A stretch of 63,803 nt of DNA, filler included, from Choristocarpus tenellus KU-1152 (taxonomy: Eukaryota; Protista; Phaeophyceae), in NCBI GenBank assembly GCA_964200185.2. It is 13 parts of 13 records of this genome, joined end to end, with 100 filler letters (N's around TTAATTAATTAA, not from the genome) between each part and the next. Parts side by side here need not be neighbours in the genome. Positions count along the whole stretch, not along the records: positions 47,998 to 51,392 come from CAXNAD020020323.1; positions 51,493 to 55,394 come from CAXNAD020017239.1; positions 55,495 to 59,821 come from CAXNAD020015106.1; positions 59,922 to 63,803 come from CAXNAD020017393.1; 9 more parts are not named here. One strand, 5' to 3'. Both the position numbers and the translations under genes were made by a program. Within the stretch, counting starts at the first letter, position 1, and each line of letters begins with the position of its first letter. Positions 50,931 through 63,017 of the stretch are shown here, in pieces. The notes beneath the pieces are model-generated. The model had not been told where the DNA came from and ran no database searches. It worked only from the letters and a program-made list of their open reading frames with translations.

Positions 50931-52033
50931 ATGGAAAAAAAGTGAACTATGAAAAGAGAATTTGAATGTTTTTGTGGTAGGAACGGGGGAACCAATGCTT
51001 CGATTTAAAATATAAGAATATTTATACTATCGATTTAAAAAAAAGAAGATAGTGGGACCTTTATTGTTTGGATATACCTAAAATGAAGAAATTATCATAT
51101 TATATAATCTTTTGCTCCCCCTTCTCCTAATTTTAGTGTATTTTTTGGCTTGGCACAAATTTCAACATACAATCATGCCTCCTCCCCAAGCATTATTATT
51201 GTTGTGCTTGTGATACAACCTCTATGTCATGTGTATATATTTGAAGCCTGTAGGAATACAATATGAGAATGAACTACATAGTATCATTTATTGAAGTGAA
51301 AAAATATACAATTCCACTTCCCCTACCCCCCCCCCCCCCCCCCCCCCCCCCCACCCACCGCCCCCCCCCTCCCCCCCCCCGCCCACGCTCGCNNNNNNNN
51401 NNNNNNNNNNNNNNNNNNNNNNNNNNNNNNNNNNNNTTAATTAATTAANNNNNNNNNNNNNNNNNNNNNNNNNNNNNNNNNNNNNNNNNNNNCCGCCACC
51501 CCTTCCCAGCTACTTTGAGCCGTCTCATCGTTTGCTGTATTGTTTTGGTCATGTAACACCCGATGTTGTTTTCACGCATTGGAGTGGTGATCAAATCATC
51601 ATATAACACCCGAATAGCAATGTCGAATAACAAAAACTAGTCAAAACGTTTGTTGACATTTTATATAGTGTTTGCTCCTCGTATCCCCGTTCTGAGTGAT
51701 CCTCTGTTTTATACAGACAATAGAGACCCCATATGATGGCCACATATACCTCTCACCTCGTCTTTACACTGATTGATATGCTTATCCCATACTCTCAGAC
51801 CTCGTTTGCTTAATTAGTATGCTGATTGCACACCATCAATCTTGGGCTAATGTTATCCTGATCAGATATTCATTGTGTGCCTCATTTATTTATTACACTT
51901 CATTTTGTATTACTGGAGTCATGCAATACATTGGTGCAATAGTATACTAACAGTTACACATGTTTCCCATTTCGCTCCCAGAGATGACTTTTTGATTTAC
52001 CTTGAATCATGTTTACATGGTTTCAAGGCCGAT

Positions 52034-52448
52034 GAGAAGGGGGGGTGATGTGGAAAGCATGTTCGTCTGTTGTTATACCGTTATTGCCGTATGTCATACA
52101 CCTTTATACCGTTGTACCGATTGAGGTTTCTTGTCAAGCATCCATGATTCCAATGGCGGACCTTCCGTCAGAATGAAACCATGGAATCTCTTCACGAGAC
52201 CAATCCCACAGACTTGGACACCTCGTCATACAGAGTTGTCACACATGGAAGATCCACTTTGTTCTCACGTCTTAAGTTGTGGTGATGAAGCCCCATCTTT
52301 GAAGATGCACCTCGATTTGCACTTGTCAACCTTAACCTCGTACCCTCGGTTATGGCTCGTCTTTGTCTGTCTGGTCCGTCTTGCCTGGTGATTATCTTTG
52401 CCACCCTTGCCTGAGTGAACCACGCCGTCACAGATCACACAATTTACA
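52034..52448 (+). mobile_element. Polypurine tract + 3' LTR, family D
   Basis: GAGAAGGGGGGGTGA immediately before TGTGGAAAG (52049); ends TTTACA (52448). Confidence 0.78.
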
Positions 52449-53119
52449 CTCTGACATTTTGCAGACACGTTAAGGGAAAAGCTAAGGAAAACTATTCACA
52501 TATCTGAAAAACCCCTAAGGAAGTAAAAATTGTCACAAAAGTGAAAAAAGTTTATCTATTTCCTGTTTTACTACGATATATCTACCACACTGCCCTCCTC
52601 TATCTCAAACCTATTTCTGCATTCGTAGTGAAATGCATACGATTTTCCAATAAATATAGCTGATTGCCGATACAATGAGAAAAGTCCAAGAAACCATACC
52701 TCCTCGAATCTCTGACGATTACAAAATTACAGTTCGCATTTTTTATGGTGTTAGTTTGGATGATTGCCTTGCTGCAGTGGATCGCATCACACAATCGATG
52801 TAGAACATGATTTATGAAACATGTATAGGGTTTCTTGATCACGTCCACCAAAACACCCTTGTCTGTGCTCCAACTAGTCGAGAAATCTCGACTCTTGACC
52901 CATCGTTGACATCTCTGATAAATTCTACAAGTTTTTCTTTTCTTCGCTTAGTTTTAGGTTTTGTTCTTTTATTGACTTTTTCCCCCATTCAACTATCATC
53001 AAACTATACTTGTACTTCATTCGGATTAAAATTTAATATAAACTTTCTAACCTTAATTAAGAAGCAAGATATTTTTTTCACATGTTCATATTTTATGGGT
53101 GTGTCGTTCAGACACTAAA

Positions 53120-54746
53120 ATGTTTCCCACCAAAATCTCCAAATTGTCCAACCCACACCTATCTATGATTCTGTCCTCGAAGGCCTCCAAAATCCCATTT
53201 CAGCACGGTATTTCGCTGCATCCACTAGGGCATTCAGGGGGAGCTTACAAGCCTTCTCAGCCTTTTCCTTGCTAAGGTGAGAAATTTTGAAGACGTTGTC
53301 ACTCTTGAACCCTAGCACTTCACTGTAGACTGCAAAGAGGCTCTGCCAGATACCCTCTAGTGTCTTGTGGGGTACATATTGAACGCATACATTGTAACTT
53401 TCACCACCTCTGTGTTGGTCACCCCCACGTCCTCCTTCAGTTGCTGGATGGAATGAAAGAATACCAAGTCGTCGATGTTAAGTCAGGTGAGTTGGCTGGC
53501 TGGATTTCTATGACAATATCACCCCCTGCCGCCTCCTCAATTACATCCATGATCCCCTCCTTGGTGTGTGGCTTTCTCCCATCCTGCTGCATGAAGATGG
53601 TGTATCCTTTCGGGCTAGGCATGCAGGCATGGGGGTGTTGATTGCTGGGATAGCATCCTCGATCATGATCTTCTTATACCTCGATCCGTACACCGTGGCT
53701 GGCACAAGCACCTTGGTACTCTGGGGACGGTGTTGCTTGAGCGCCGAGCAACCTTAGTGTCCACGATTGGCCAGATCCCGATTTTCCCATCGAACTACAC
53801 CCTGTTGGAGAGCTTCCTAGGACGGGCCCTAGTTGCAAGGAACATCACCTTCAGAGCCTAATGAATATTCTGTACCTATGGGGGTTTATAGGGGTCCTCA
53901 GTGGGTGCAGGTACACACTTTGCCCATCTTTGAGGTTGTAAAACCACTTCTTGTCCACATGCGCCCAGCCATATGGATTGTCCAAAAATACTCCTCTTCC
54001 CCCCCTCCTGTGTGTGTGACCGATGACGAAGCCCACCCTGTTGACGTTCTGCTGATCTGAGGGACTGGCTTGATCCACCGTTTGACCTTCTTCACCTTCT
54101 GGCACTTGCTCAGGCCCCACAACAACGCAAAGGAGACCTCAGCTTTGTCCGTCCATTTGCGGAAGGATGTGCTACCCCAAACGTCGAGGATACTTACACA
54201 GCGACCACATCAGCCCCTGCTAAGTCGTACAAGATCCATGCAGTCATCCTGTATGATCTGACTGTCATACTCCTTCAGATGACGGAATACAGTGGTTCAG
54301 GAAATTCTAAGTCTTCCGTGATGGTCAGCGCCATCCCCCAAGGCATCTGAGTCTCGCGCCCTCTCCCCTCCAGGCATCGCACCACCATGCTGACTTCATA
54401 AGGATGTTTGAGTTCTAACCTCTGACACTTGTGGGTCGAAGAATTGGGACTGACGGGCAAAAATGGGATGAGCGGGCTGCTTGAATGATGGGGTACATTC
54501 ATCTTAGGCATCTAAATGAACATGTGCTTGAGAATTTACGAGGTTTTTGAACCTCGTCAAATGTGACTTGGTCGACTTTACACTGGTGATCCTGCACATT
54601 CATCACAGCCCACCATCTCAAACACTGCAAGGCTCCCAATCTATGCGAGAAACAAGCCTCGTCCAGAGGGTTTATCATGTGGGCGTTCCTTGGCAAGAAT
54701 GGAGCTTGAAAAGTTGTGTTATATTTAATTCCGAATGGAGGAAGTA
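53120..54746 (-). mobile_element. Decayed mariner transposon of the plant/oomycete DD39D type
   Basis: Minus-strand RWIKPV, HVDKKWFY, KVMFLATRARPR, FDGKIGIWPIV, SKHRP, MQQDGRKPH, QPANSPDL with stops and frameshifts; Stowaway-like end ATGGAGGAAG|TA at 54735-54746. Confidence 0.9.
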
Positions 54747-55319
54747 GTAGTTATCACTATTGCTCCGAGTATAGATACCCAGACTCCTGACCCATTCACC
54801 ATATCTTCCACTCCCAACTAGTTTCATTTCTTCTGTTATATGCATATATGTATGATGTATCCACTGTCTCCATCACCTCTCTCAGTCCGGTCGCTCTTTT
54901 CTCCACCGCCAGATGAATGATACCCTTCGACGTCATCATTATTGCCACCCCAACCCACCATCCACTGCACCCAGCCAGCACAATGTCTGCCTCTCCACAG
55001 GATGACTCCAATGTCAAAGAAAAGGGGGCACAAGCACTCTACAGGACATATGAAATCCCCCCCTCGATCAAAGACGCAAGGTATGTGGAAATACTGCAGC
55101 ACATATACATCCCATAAATAACATCTACATCCTGGAATGAAGTCTCTCCCAGGTGTCTTACCACCTTGTTCTCCGCATCATCATATCATCCATCGACAAC
55201 ACTGCTACTGTTCAATGAACCAAGGTCGGAAGCTACCACAAAGCAGCTGCTCCTGCAATATGAATAATCTAACTTTGACGAGAGGCGCATAGCCTCCAAG
55301 TGGTATAAATATGAGTAGG

Positions 55320-55394
55320 TGTGGAAAGCATGATTATCTGTTATTATACCGTTATTGCCGTATGCCATATACCGTTATACTGTGGTACCGAGTG
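55320..55394 (+). mobile_element. Family D LTR 5' end (truncated by contig end)
   Basis: TGTGGAAAGCATGATTATCTGTTATTATACCGTTATTGCCGTATGCC. Confidence 0.75.
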
Positions 55395-55539
55395 NNNNNN
55401 NNNNNNNNNNNNNNNNNNNNNNNNNNNNNNNNNNNNNNTTAATTAATTAANNNNNNNNNNNNNNNNNNNNNNNNNNNNNNNNNNNNNNNNNNNNCCTTAG
55501 AACTAAAACATAGCAACGACAGGACACTAAGACCATGAC

Positions 55540-56100
55540 TCACAGTCACAAAAGAGATTGGGTGCTGTCATGGAAAGGCTTACTCTTGCTAGGAACTATG
55601 AACATATAAATAAAATCAACACGTTGCAATAAAAAATAAAAAAGGAGTATCTCAGCAAGTCTCTCCCTCTTCATAACTATCAACAAAAGTGAATGCAGGC
55701 ACAAATTTACGATAGCATTGAAATAGGGTATTGCCGTAGACTGTCCCCCTTCACAACTATAAGCACAAACTATAGGACACCAAGATAATATCTCACAATC
55801 ACAAACAAAAATAAGGTGCTGCCATATAAAGGCTTGCCCTACCTACGAACAAAGAATATACAAACAAAAAAATACTCAGAACAATAGGGAGTGTCATAGT
55901 AAGACTCTTCCCCCTCGCAAATATCAACACAAATAAATATGGATGCAAAATCACAATAGCACTGAAATAAGGTACTGCCATAAATGCTTCCCCCTTCAGA
56001 ACTATATACACAAACAATACAAGACAAGAATCGTGTATCAAATACAAACAAAAGTGTCTAAAAACCACATAAAATAGAAAATGTCATAACAAGACTACTC
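55540..56100. repeat. Degenerate ~80-100-bp tandem array
   Basis: Recurring AATA(A/G)GGT(G/A)(C/T)TG(C/T)CAT...CCCCT...AACTAT..ACA(C/A)A blocks. Confidence 0.6.
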
Positions 56101-56429
56101 ACACTGGTTAGAATGCGAAAAGGCAGACACGCTATTCGCCTGTAACACTTTGTGCCTAAACCTCTTCCGGCTAGGACTTCAAGCTGATAAGGGAGTTTAT
56201 GAAACCGCCAATAAGGTGAAATAAACGTGAAAGATGTCACTGTCGCCCCTGTCCCGTCACCCTCAAAACCCAAATATGCTTCGAAGTAATAATTTTTAGT
56301 TGAAAATAGGGATCTCTTCTTCATCTCTATACGTATCACGGAACAATTATTTTGCAACCGTTACTGTCAAGATACCGCAGGTTTCCACCTTGTGCGTTCT
56401 TGGAAACATCCAAGCAGTCTTCCCCAAGC

Positions 56430-57579
56430 ATGCCTTCACTGAGGCTCCCTGCGGGTATTCCGTTCTCACTTGCTTTGATTGTCTCGTGTAACCTGGTTTG
56501 GTCCACATCGTCCATCAAGAGCTTAACGTGGATCCCATATCATGGGCACAGAACTCGATTGGCGAGTGAGAGAAAAGCAAATCTCCGAGCCTCGTACAGC
56601 CCACCACCAGGCTGTAATCGCTATGACGAAAGTATGCACAAAGACCACGATGGATATAGCACTAAAGTCAAAGGAGAGAAATGGGATACTTGCAAGCAGA
56701 GTTACATTACTGAGGATAACGCACAACTACATCCTAACATTGTTCGATCTACTGTAGATTCAGGCATTGCAGAGTCGAGAAAAGATTACCTTAGCACACA
56801 GACCTCGGAGGGGGAAATGCATAGACGCTCCATGATGGAGGACAGTGACCCGGGGGAAGTATTGAGAAGAACGCTAAGGGTCTTGGCAAAGGAAATCTTT
56901 GAGGTAAGAAGAGAGGAGAGATTTGTCATTGCAGTGACCTTTCTCTGCCATGCAGCCTGTGTTTGATGCGCACAGTCAATGCAAATAGCTTTTTCCTGTC
57001 TTTATTTGAGGAGGTTGAGAGCCTAAGATACGAATTTCCCCTTGCCGTACATCAGGCAGACCAAGGGAATATTGTGGATGAACTGCACAAAGCTCTTGTT
57101 CAGGTGAAGCTAGGGGTTCAGAATGAAGGACTCAGGGCTCAAATCGACATGGTGAGTACGCTGTAGGGCAACTGCTCTAGCTCAGCCATACCCCACGTCC
57201 ATAAGAATTATTTCCCCATGAAATGGTTCCCCACCACAAAATGCTTATAGAAGTCCTTCAAAGCACAATGAGCAAGTTTTTCTTCCAGTGTTCCTTCAGA
57301 ACATCCAGCGGAGGTGTTGCTAAATTTGAACATTGAGTAGACGAGGCTGCCAAAAAACAAATTAAGTGACCATTCAGCAACTGATTGGAAAGGCAAAACC
57401 AGCAGTGAAGTCCTCATCGGTCATGAGAGAGTGTGCAAAGTTTTGTCTTCGTTGTGCCTCCTCCGCAGGAATTCGGTACTGCTGTCATGGATGTGGTTGA
57501 TGGACTTGACAGGAGATCTGGTAGAATAACTGACAAGATGGCCGTACTTCATTGGCAGAACAAGTTCACTAAATTGCAG
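56430..57579 (+). CDS. Unidentified protein with N-terminal hydrophobic segment, first exons (56430-56903, ~57011-57151, 57469-57579)
   Basis: ATG at 56430; donors GAG|GTAAG, ATG|GTGAG and CAG|GTAAT; frames join in phase 0; further exon(s) possible near 58380-58550. Confidence 0.7.
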
Positions 57580-58629
57580 GTAATAAATTTTTCTTCTTGG
57601 TGGTGGTCATCTTATTAGGTGGAGCGCAATATTCAAACTGTACAGGCTCATAGTATCCTACAGGGGGGGTCAGGGTTAGGGTCCATTCGGGGCCTGTGTG
57701 ACCATGTGGTAATTTCATGTTGCACAAGTGAACACGTCAGATCTAAGGGCAAATTTCCTTCATCTGAACGCACCTTCCTTTTCCATCCCCATGCCTAGAC
57801 CAAATCTGAACGAAATCCTCCGGCAAAATGGGCATCCAACTGGGGTATCTTACAAGACCTCATCAAACCTGGAAAGGACTACTAGGGCCAAACACCCTCT
57901 CCCTCTAGGATACTATGGGCTACAGGTTCTACCCTCTACTAATGTTCCCTAACTCATTGTCAGTAGCTGTAGTTAGACACACCCATACATGAATGGTAGT
58001 CATCTAAGCAGTTATGCATACACAGAAGGTGTATGTTTAGCCACCGTTACATAGGTACATATTTTGACATATGAATGGGGAGGTCTCCCCTTCCAATGTG
58101 TTGAAAACCCCCATAAGATGTATTAATAACAAATGATGGAAGAGCATGCTGTCCAGAATCACTGTGCAATCAGTATTTGTAACTGCTTGCTCTCATGGAC
58201 AACATACCCATGTACATGCTCTCTTGCATTTGACTTACTTAACTGTAAGGATCTCTACCACAAAATCAACTTTAATGATCCCAAGAGTGGTTGCTCCAAA
58301 AAAATTTGAAGGTACTTTTTCTGTCCATGTGGGAGGAAGTTGCTGGACGTCTTACCGGCAAAAAGTGTCATGCTGCAGATTTTCAAATATATTTTGGATT
58401 ACCTTTGCCGATCAAGATGATCTCTCTTTCAGTACTGACCTGCAGAAGTTTGAAATATCGCTGTTGCTCAAGCTCTACAATTCATTGCTTGATTCCACCT
58501 CAGCGGTTGATTCTTGGGGTTAACAACAAACCTGAATTGAAACAGATGAGGTAGGAACCTTGAGGCCTCTATATACACACTTATATCGATTTATTGCTAC
58601 ATCAGATCCAGATTTGGTGACACACACAT

Positions 58630-58886
58630 GAGTCAAAGTATCTTAGAGGGTAGAGCCGCATTCATTTGGGGGTCAAAATTCAATGTTGTAATTTTGATGT
58701 AACTTTGGCGATCATGTTCGTTAGGAGATGTCATATCTTTGTTCTGGATACTCATTTTCATAATGTATACATTTTTCCTACTCCGAAGCATTTTGGAGTA
58801 AGAAAAATGTCATAAAATACCTGTGGAAGCCAAGCCCCAAATGGACAAACAGGGCAAAACTCGTACCCTCTAAGATACTTTGACCC
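58630..58886. mobile_element. MITE family B, full copy, 257 bp, TSD ACAT
   Basis: ACAT|GAGTCAAAGTATCTTAGAGGGTA...TACCCTCTAAGATACTTTGACCC|ACAT. Confidence 0.92.
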
Positions 58887-60419
58887 ACATCACTACTCAC
58901 AGCTATAGATAGATGTAGAGACCATTATAAAATATTATGGAACTCTTGGTGCAAGACTATGAAATCTCAGTTGCACAGAGGTGCCTGTCTGCATTTAGTT
59001 ATACAACACCTTACAAGCTTTGTTTGGCACAAGCGAATTGAATCCAACCAGCATTTCCTTTCATGTTAACTAAGGATAAAGCTCAGTTCTAGCTAACGCA
59101 TAGCTTCTTTTCCCACACACACCCTTCTTCGTGGGGTAAATTAATCATAAGGGCAAGAACGAGTTCCTAGTTCAGGAAGGCGATCTAGGAGCACCACATG
59201 GTGACGGAGACCCAGACACCTCAGATGTTGTTCAGCAAACATTGTCCCAGGTACATGTAGAGGTTTGACCCCTGGATACCAACTGGCAAATACGGGTCGG
59301 TGGTCCTTCATAAAATGTATTATGTACAAACGACTTATAGATACAAAAGTANNNNNNNNNNTACTTGTGAGCAGTGTTGTTTTGTTGTCGTAGCAGCGGA
59401 GTCCCCCAAGACGCCATACATCGATGCAATTTCTTTTATTTTGTGTGATCTTTCATCATGTATCTCCCTGACACGCTCAGCAGCTTGTTCTACTCAAAAA
59501 GGCGACTGCATTAGCATGACAGGGGGGAAACGAAAGGTGGAGGAGCTTAAATCACCCGACTATGCGGTGGTGGAGGATATACATACATACGTTAAAGACA
59601 AGTCAGCATGCTAAGCGTACCGGTGAACGAGAAACTCTCACTGTTGTCTGTTGTGTTCTGTTCATTGTATACATACTTTTTTTCATTACCAATAATAATG
59701 TCAAAGTGTGGGTTGATGCCGCCTCTGGTATGTAGATTGGCCGCTACGTACATACGTACCGCCTCTAACATGAAAGATGATCACGAGATCGGCTCAATGT
59801 AGTAACTCCTTTGTGAATAACNNNNNNNNNNNNNNNNNNNNNNNNNNNNNNNNNNNNNNNNNNNNTTAATTAATTAANNNNNNNNNNNNNNNNNNNNNNN
59901 NNNNNNNNNNNNNNNNNNNNNTGTTTTCGAAAAACAACCATCCTCATAGTCCCGCGCCATCCTCAATTTTGCGAATCCCCTTTTATATATACTCCCTTTC
60001 CGCCTGTTCCTAAGTTTGGAAATATTTTTCCTTAATTTCTCATCTGATATGTTATACCTTCAAGTTGTGTGTCTCTCTGTCCACAATTGAAAACTTAGTA
60101 CCAGTTGATCTAACCACTCTACTGCTACTGCTAGTACTATTACTACATTAGAAAAAATCGTAAGAACAATATCAATAAGGAACAAGTAATAGATAAAAGA
60201 GTGGTGTAGTAGGAATGAGAGAGGAGAAGTTAGGTCCAGGATCAACACGTACTATGAAAGAAAATAATCGACACCTTACAAGGCTAGTGATTAATGAGTG
60301 TGTGCAGTAGAGGTAATGTGTTTGTACGACGTATGGGATACGATATACCCACCAAATAATAAGAAAATACATTGTGTACCTCCTACACATACAATAATAC
60401 ATAGAATATTCCAAAGTAC

Positions 60420-60497
60420 ACGCTACATTTTGTGTATCACGCTACATTTTGTGTATCACGCTACATTTTGTGTATCACGCTACATTTTGTGTATCAC
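60420..60497. repeat. 19-bp tandem repeat x4
   Basis: CGCTACATTTTGTGTATCA units. Confidence 0.92.
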
Positions 60498-60599
60498 TCT
60501 ATATTATTGGAAATTACTATTACGCAGAGTCAGGAGAAGTAGTAGGGGTCTTCCATGTGACACTCAGATACACGTAAATTGCAGTATGTATTGAACGTA

Positions 60600-62835
60600 C
60601 ACTACAAGAAACATTCTGCATGCAACATTGAAGGTATTGACATACAGAAATACATACGTTGAAGGCTCTCAACAGGACAAGGTGATATATAACAAAAGCG
60701 GATCTGTTGCAAAGTAGCGGAGACTATATTGGGTGACAGAAAACAATGTTAGGGGTCCTAAACCAACTTGTATTGTAGAAAGGAATTGTTGTAAGCTCCT
60801 CAAGCTGTTACCAAGACAGGACGCTGGGTGGAGAAATGGCACTGCACTGTAAGAACAAGGAACATGCAAAATAGGGTATATTATGTCCTACTGGGATGGA
60901 GACACGTTTAGGAAGGCTAGTTCAACTACATTCCACGACTATGCAGTTCTTCCTCAGTGTTCTTACGGTGATTGGTGCTTCAGAAGAGTTTTCAGGTCAA
61001 ATGGGGAAGGGGGTCGGACTGGAACTGGAAAGGCGTATATGATTTGTGACTCAAATTCTGATTCTGTTTAAACAAAAAAATGGAAAATTAACAACTGAGG
61101 GTTTTATATTATGAAAATTCTTCAAGATGCTAAACGGCCAACAAAACATCTTGTTCCTAATCCGAAACAAACTCCATGCATAAAGTCAATCATCATCTTT
61201 CCAAGAAGATTGCCATTCAGGGACGAAAGGACCTTTTCCAGTTCTTAAAACTCTTGGTCCACTGAAAGCATTGTTTAATATCTGTTACAAATATCAACGA
61301 ATAATTTTCAGAATTTAGAAACGCCAAGAAAGGCCTAGGTCACTATTCTCATTTTCAGTATTTTTCACCCTCTCCAATTTTCATCCTGGACATGATCGAC
61401 GAACACATCACCACATTGCCTCCTTAGATCTAACACAGCAGCCACGCATTGATACCCACAAGGAGTAAAGTTCTGGCTGTTCACGTATCCTGCGCCTCCG
61501 CCAGGACAACTGATACTATCTTAGCTTCTGACGGTTCCAGCTACTACGGAGGCGCCAACATTCCACCGAAATCCTATGCAGCGTTGGGCAAGGTTAGAAT
61601 AAATGTTCGCAAAACGAGTCCAAAATGTTGCCATTAGAAGTGCTTCGAGAGTTCATTGATCCTAACGTAATTTCGGAGCTAGGTTTCGGCAGGATGAAGC
61701 TAAATTCTGGTCATTACCTGGTCAAAAGGCTGGAAAATAATTTGTATTGGACAGGGTGGCTGAAGGACAGTGTTCCAATGCTAATGACCCCAAAGGCATC
61801 CTTGCTATCCTTAGCGATGAGCACATGAAGGATGAAATTGTTTGCTGTAGGATATTCATTGTCAACTCCAAAGATATCCAATTATTTCAGCACTTTGTGT
61901 GAGGGGAAAGATGGAATGGAGTGGAACAGTTGCACACAGAGGTAAGTATATGCTATCTTGTTGTCTAGAGCTGGTGGTATGACTTCCTCTAGGCAATAAT
62001 TTCCATACTCTGGCAACGTCGAAACAAAACCACTGTCCGACTATTAGCATGAAAAAATATCGTTTCCCTCATGCTCTTTTGCCTCTATGTAATTAATTTT
62101 ATACGAGCTCAATGTTCGCACACTACCAAGAATGTACTACTTCACCACAAAGAATATATTGTAGAATATGCTTTATTTGGTTAAAGCGAAGAATGAGTCC
62201 TATCCATAAAGAGGGGGGTCGTTCCTAATCTCTGTAATTACCTTTTCACACAATTCTGTAGATCACCAGCTGATACATTTCCTAGAAAGTTATTTCAACA
62301 TTACTATACTCCAATGTCCCAATCCATCACTATTCTACTGATTCCACACACACTTTCTTGCCACACACAATGTACATAATTCCTATGTCATGAATGATGC
62401 TAATATTAACATTTAGTGCGTACAGTACTTCAAAGCATCTCCTAATGCCAATATTCGACGCCCCAATGACTCGATGTTCACGACCTGTTTTGTTCCATGA
62501 ATAAGGAAGCCTTGACAGTACATCGAACCACACATGGACTATGGTATCAGATTTCTGTCGTTCGGTACTGTTGACCTAAATGGAGCAGGTACCTAATCGT
62601 AATGAGAAACTTATTTCCGGTGTGGCCAAGAAGGTAAGTACATGATATCTACCACTCTCAACTGTGTTTTGATCAATGGAGTGATCTTATGTATATTGTA
62701 GCAACCTCAAGTGGGCTCTGCTGTACATGCAACAACTTGAGCCGGTACTACTACCGCTGCTACTGCGAAGATGACAAATTCTGCAAACTGTGGGTACATA
62801 TTGAATGGAAAAGATGCTTGTGGTGTCCTCCTGCT
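60600..62835 (+). pseudogene. Possible heavily decayed transposase (SWIM-finger-like tail)
   Basis: Fragmented + frames; YIVATSSGLCCTC...DKFCK at 62689-62790 resembles a SWIM zinc finger. Weak. Confidence 0.25.
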
Positions 62836-62838
62836 TAT

Positions 62839-63017
62839 GACTCAAAGTATCTGGGGGAGGGGGTGGTTCGTGAGGGGGCATCCGTTTCGGTCAAACAACT
62901 CTCTTTTTTGCTGACATTTCAAATTTGACACGTGCGACCAAATCACACCAAAAAAGTGAATATCGAAAATAGGGTGAAAAATGGACGCCGACACCCCCCC
63001 CCCAGATACTTGGACCC
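62839..63017. mobile_element. MITE family A (second internal subtype), full copy, TSD TTAT
   Basis: TTAT|GACTCAAAGTATCTGGGGG...CCCCCAGATACTTGGACCC|TTAT; internal sequence resembles 12381-12480 and 9447-9492. Confidence 0.88.

Noticed and set aside
52049-55394. Full-length LTR retrotransposon between two same-strand family D LTRs
   Set aside because: The first LTR is preceded by a PPT (so it is a 3' LTR), the second lacks one, and the interval holds a mariner rather than gag/pol.
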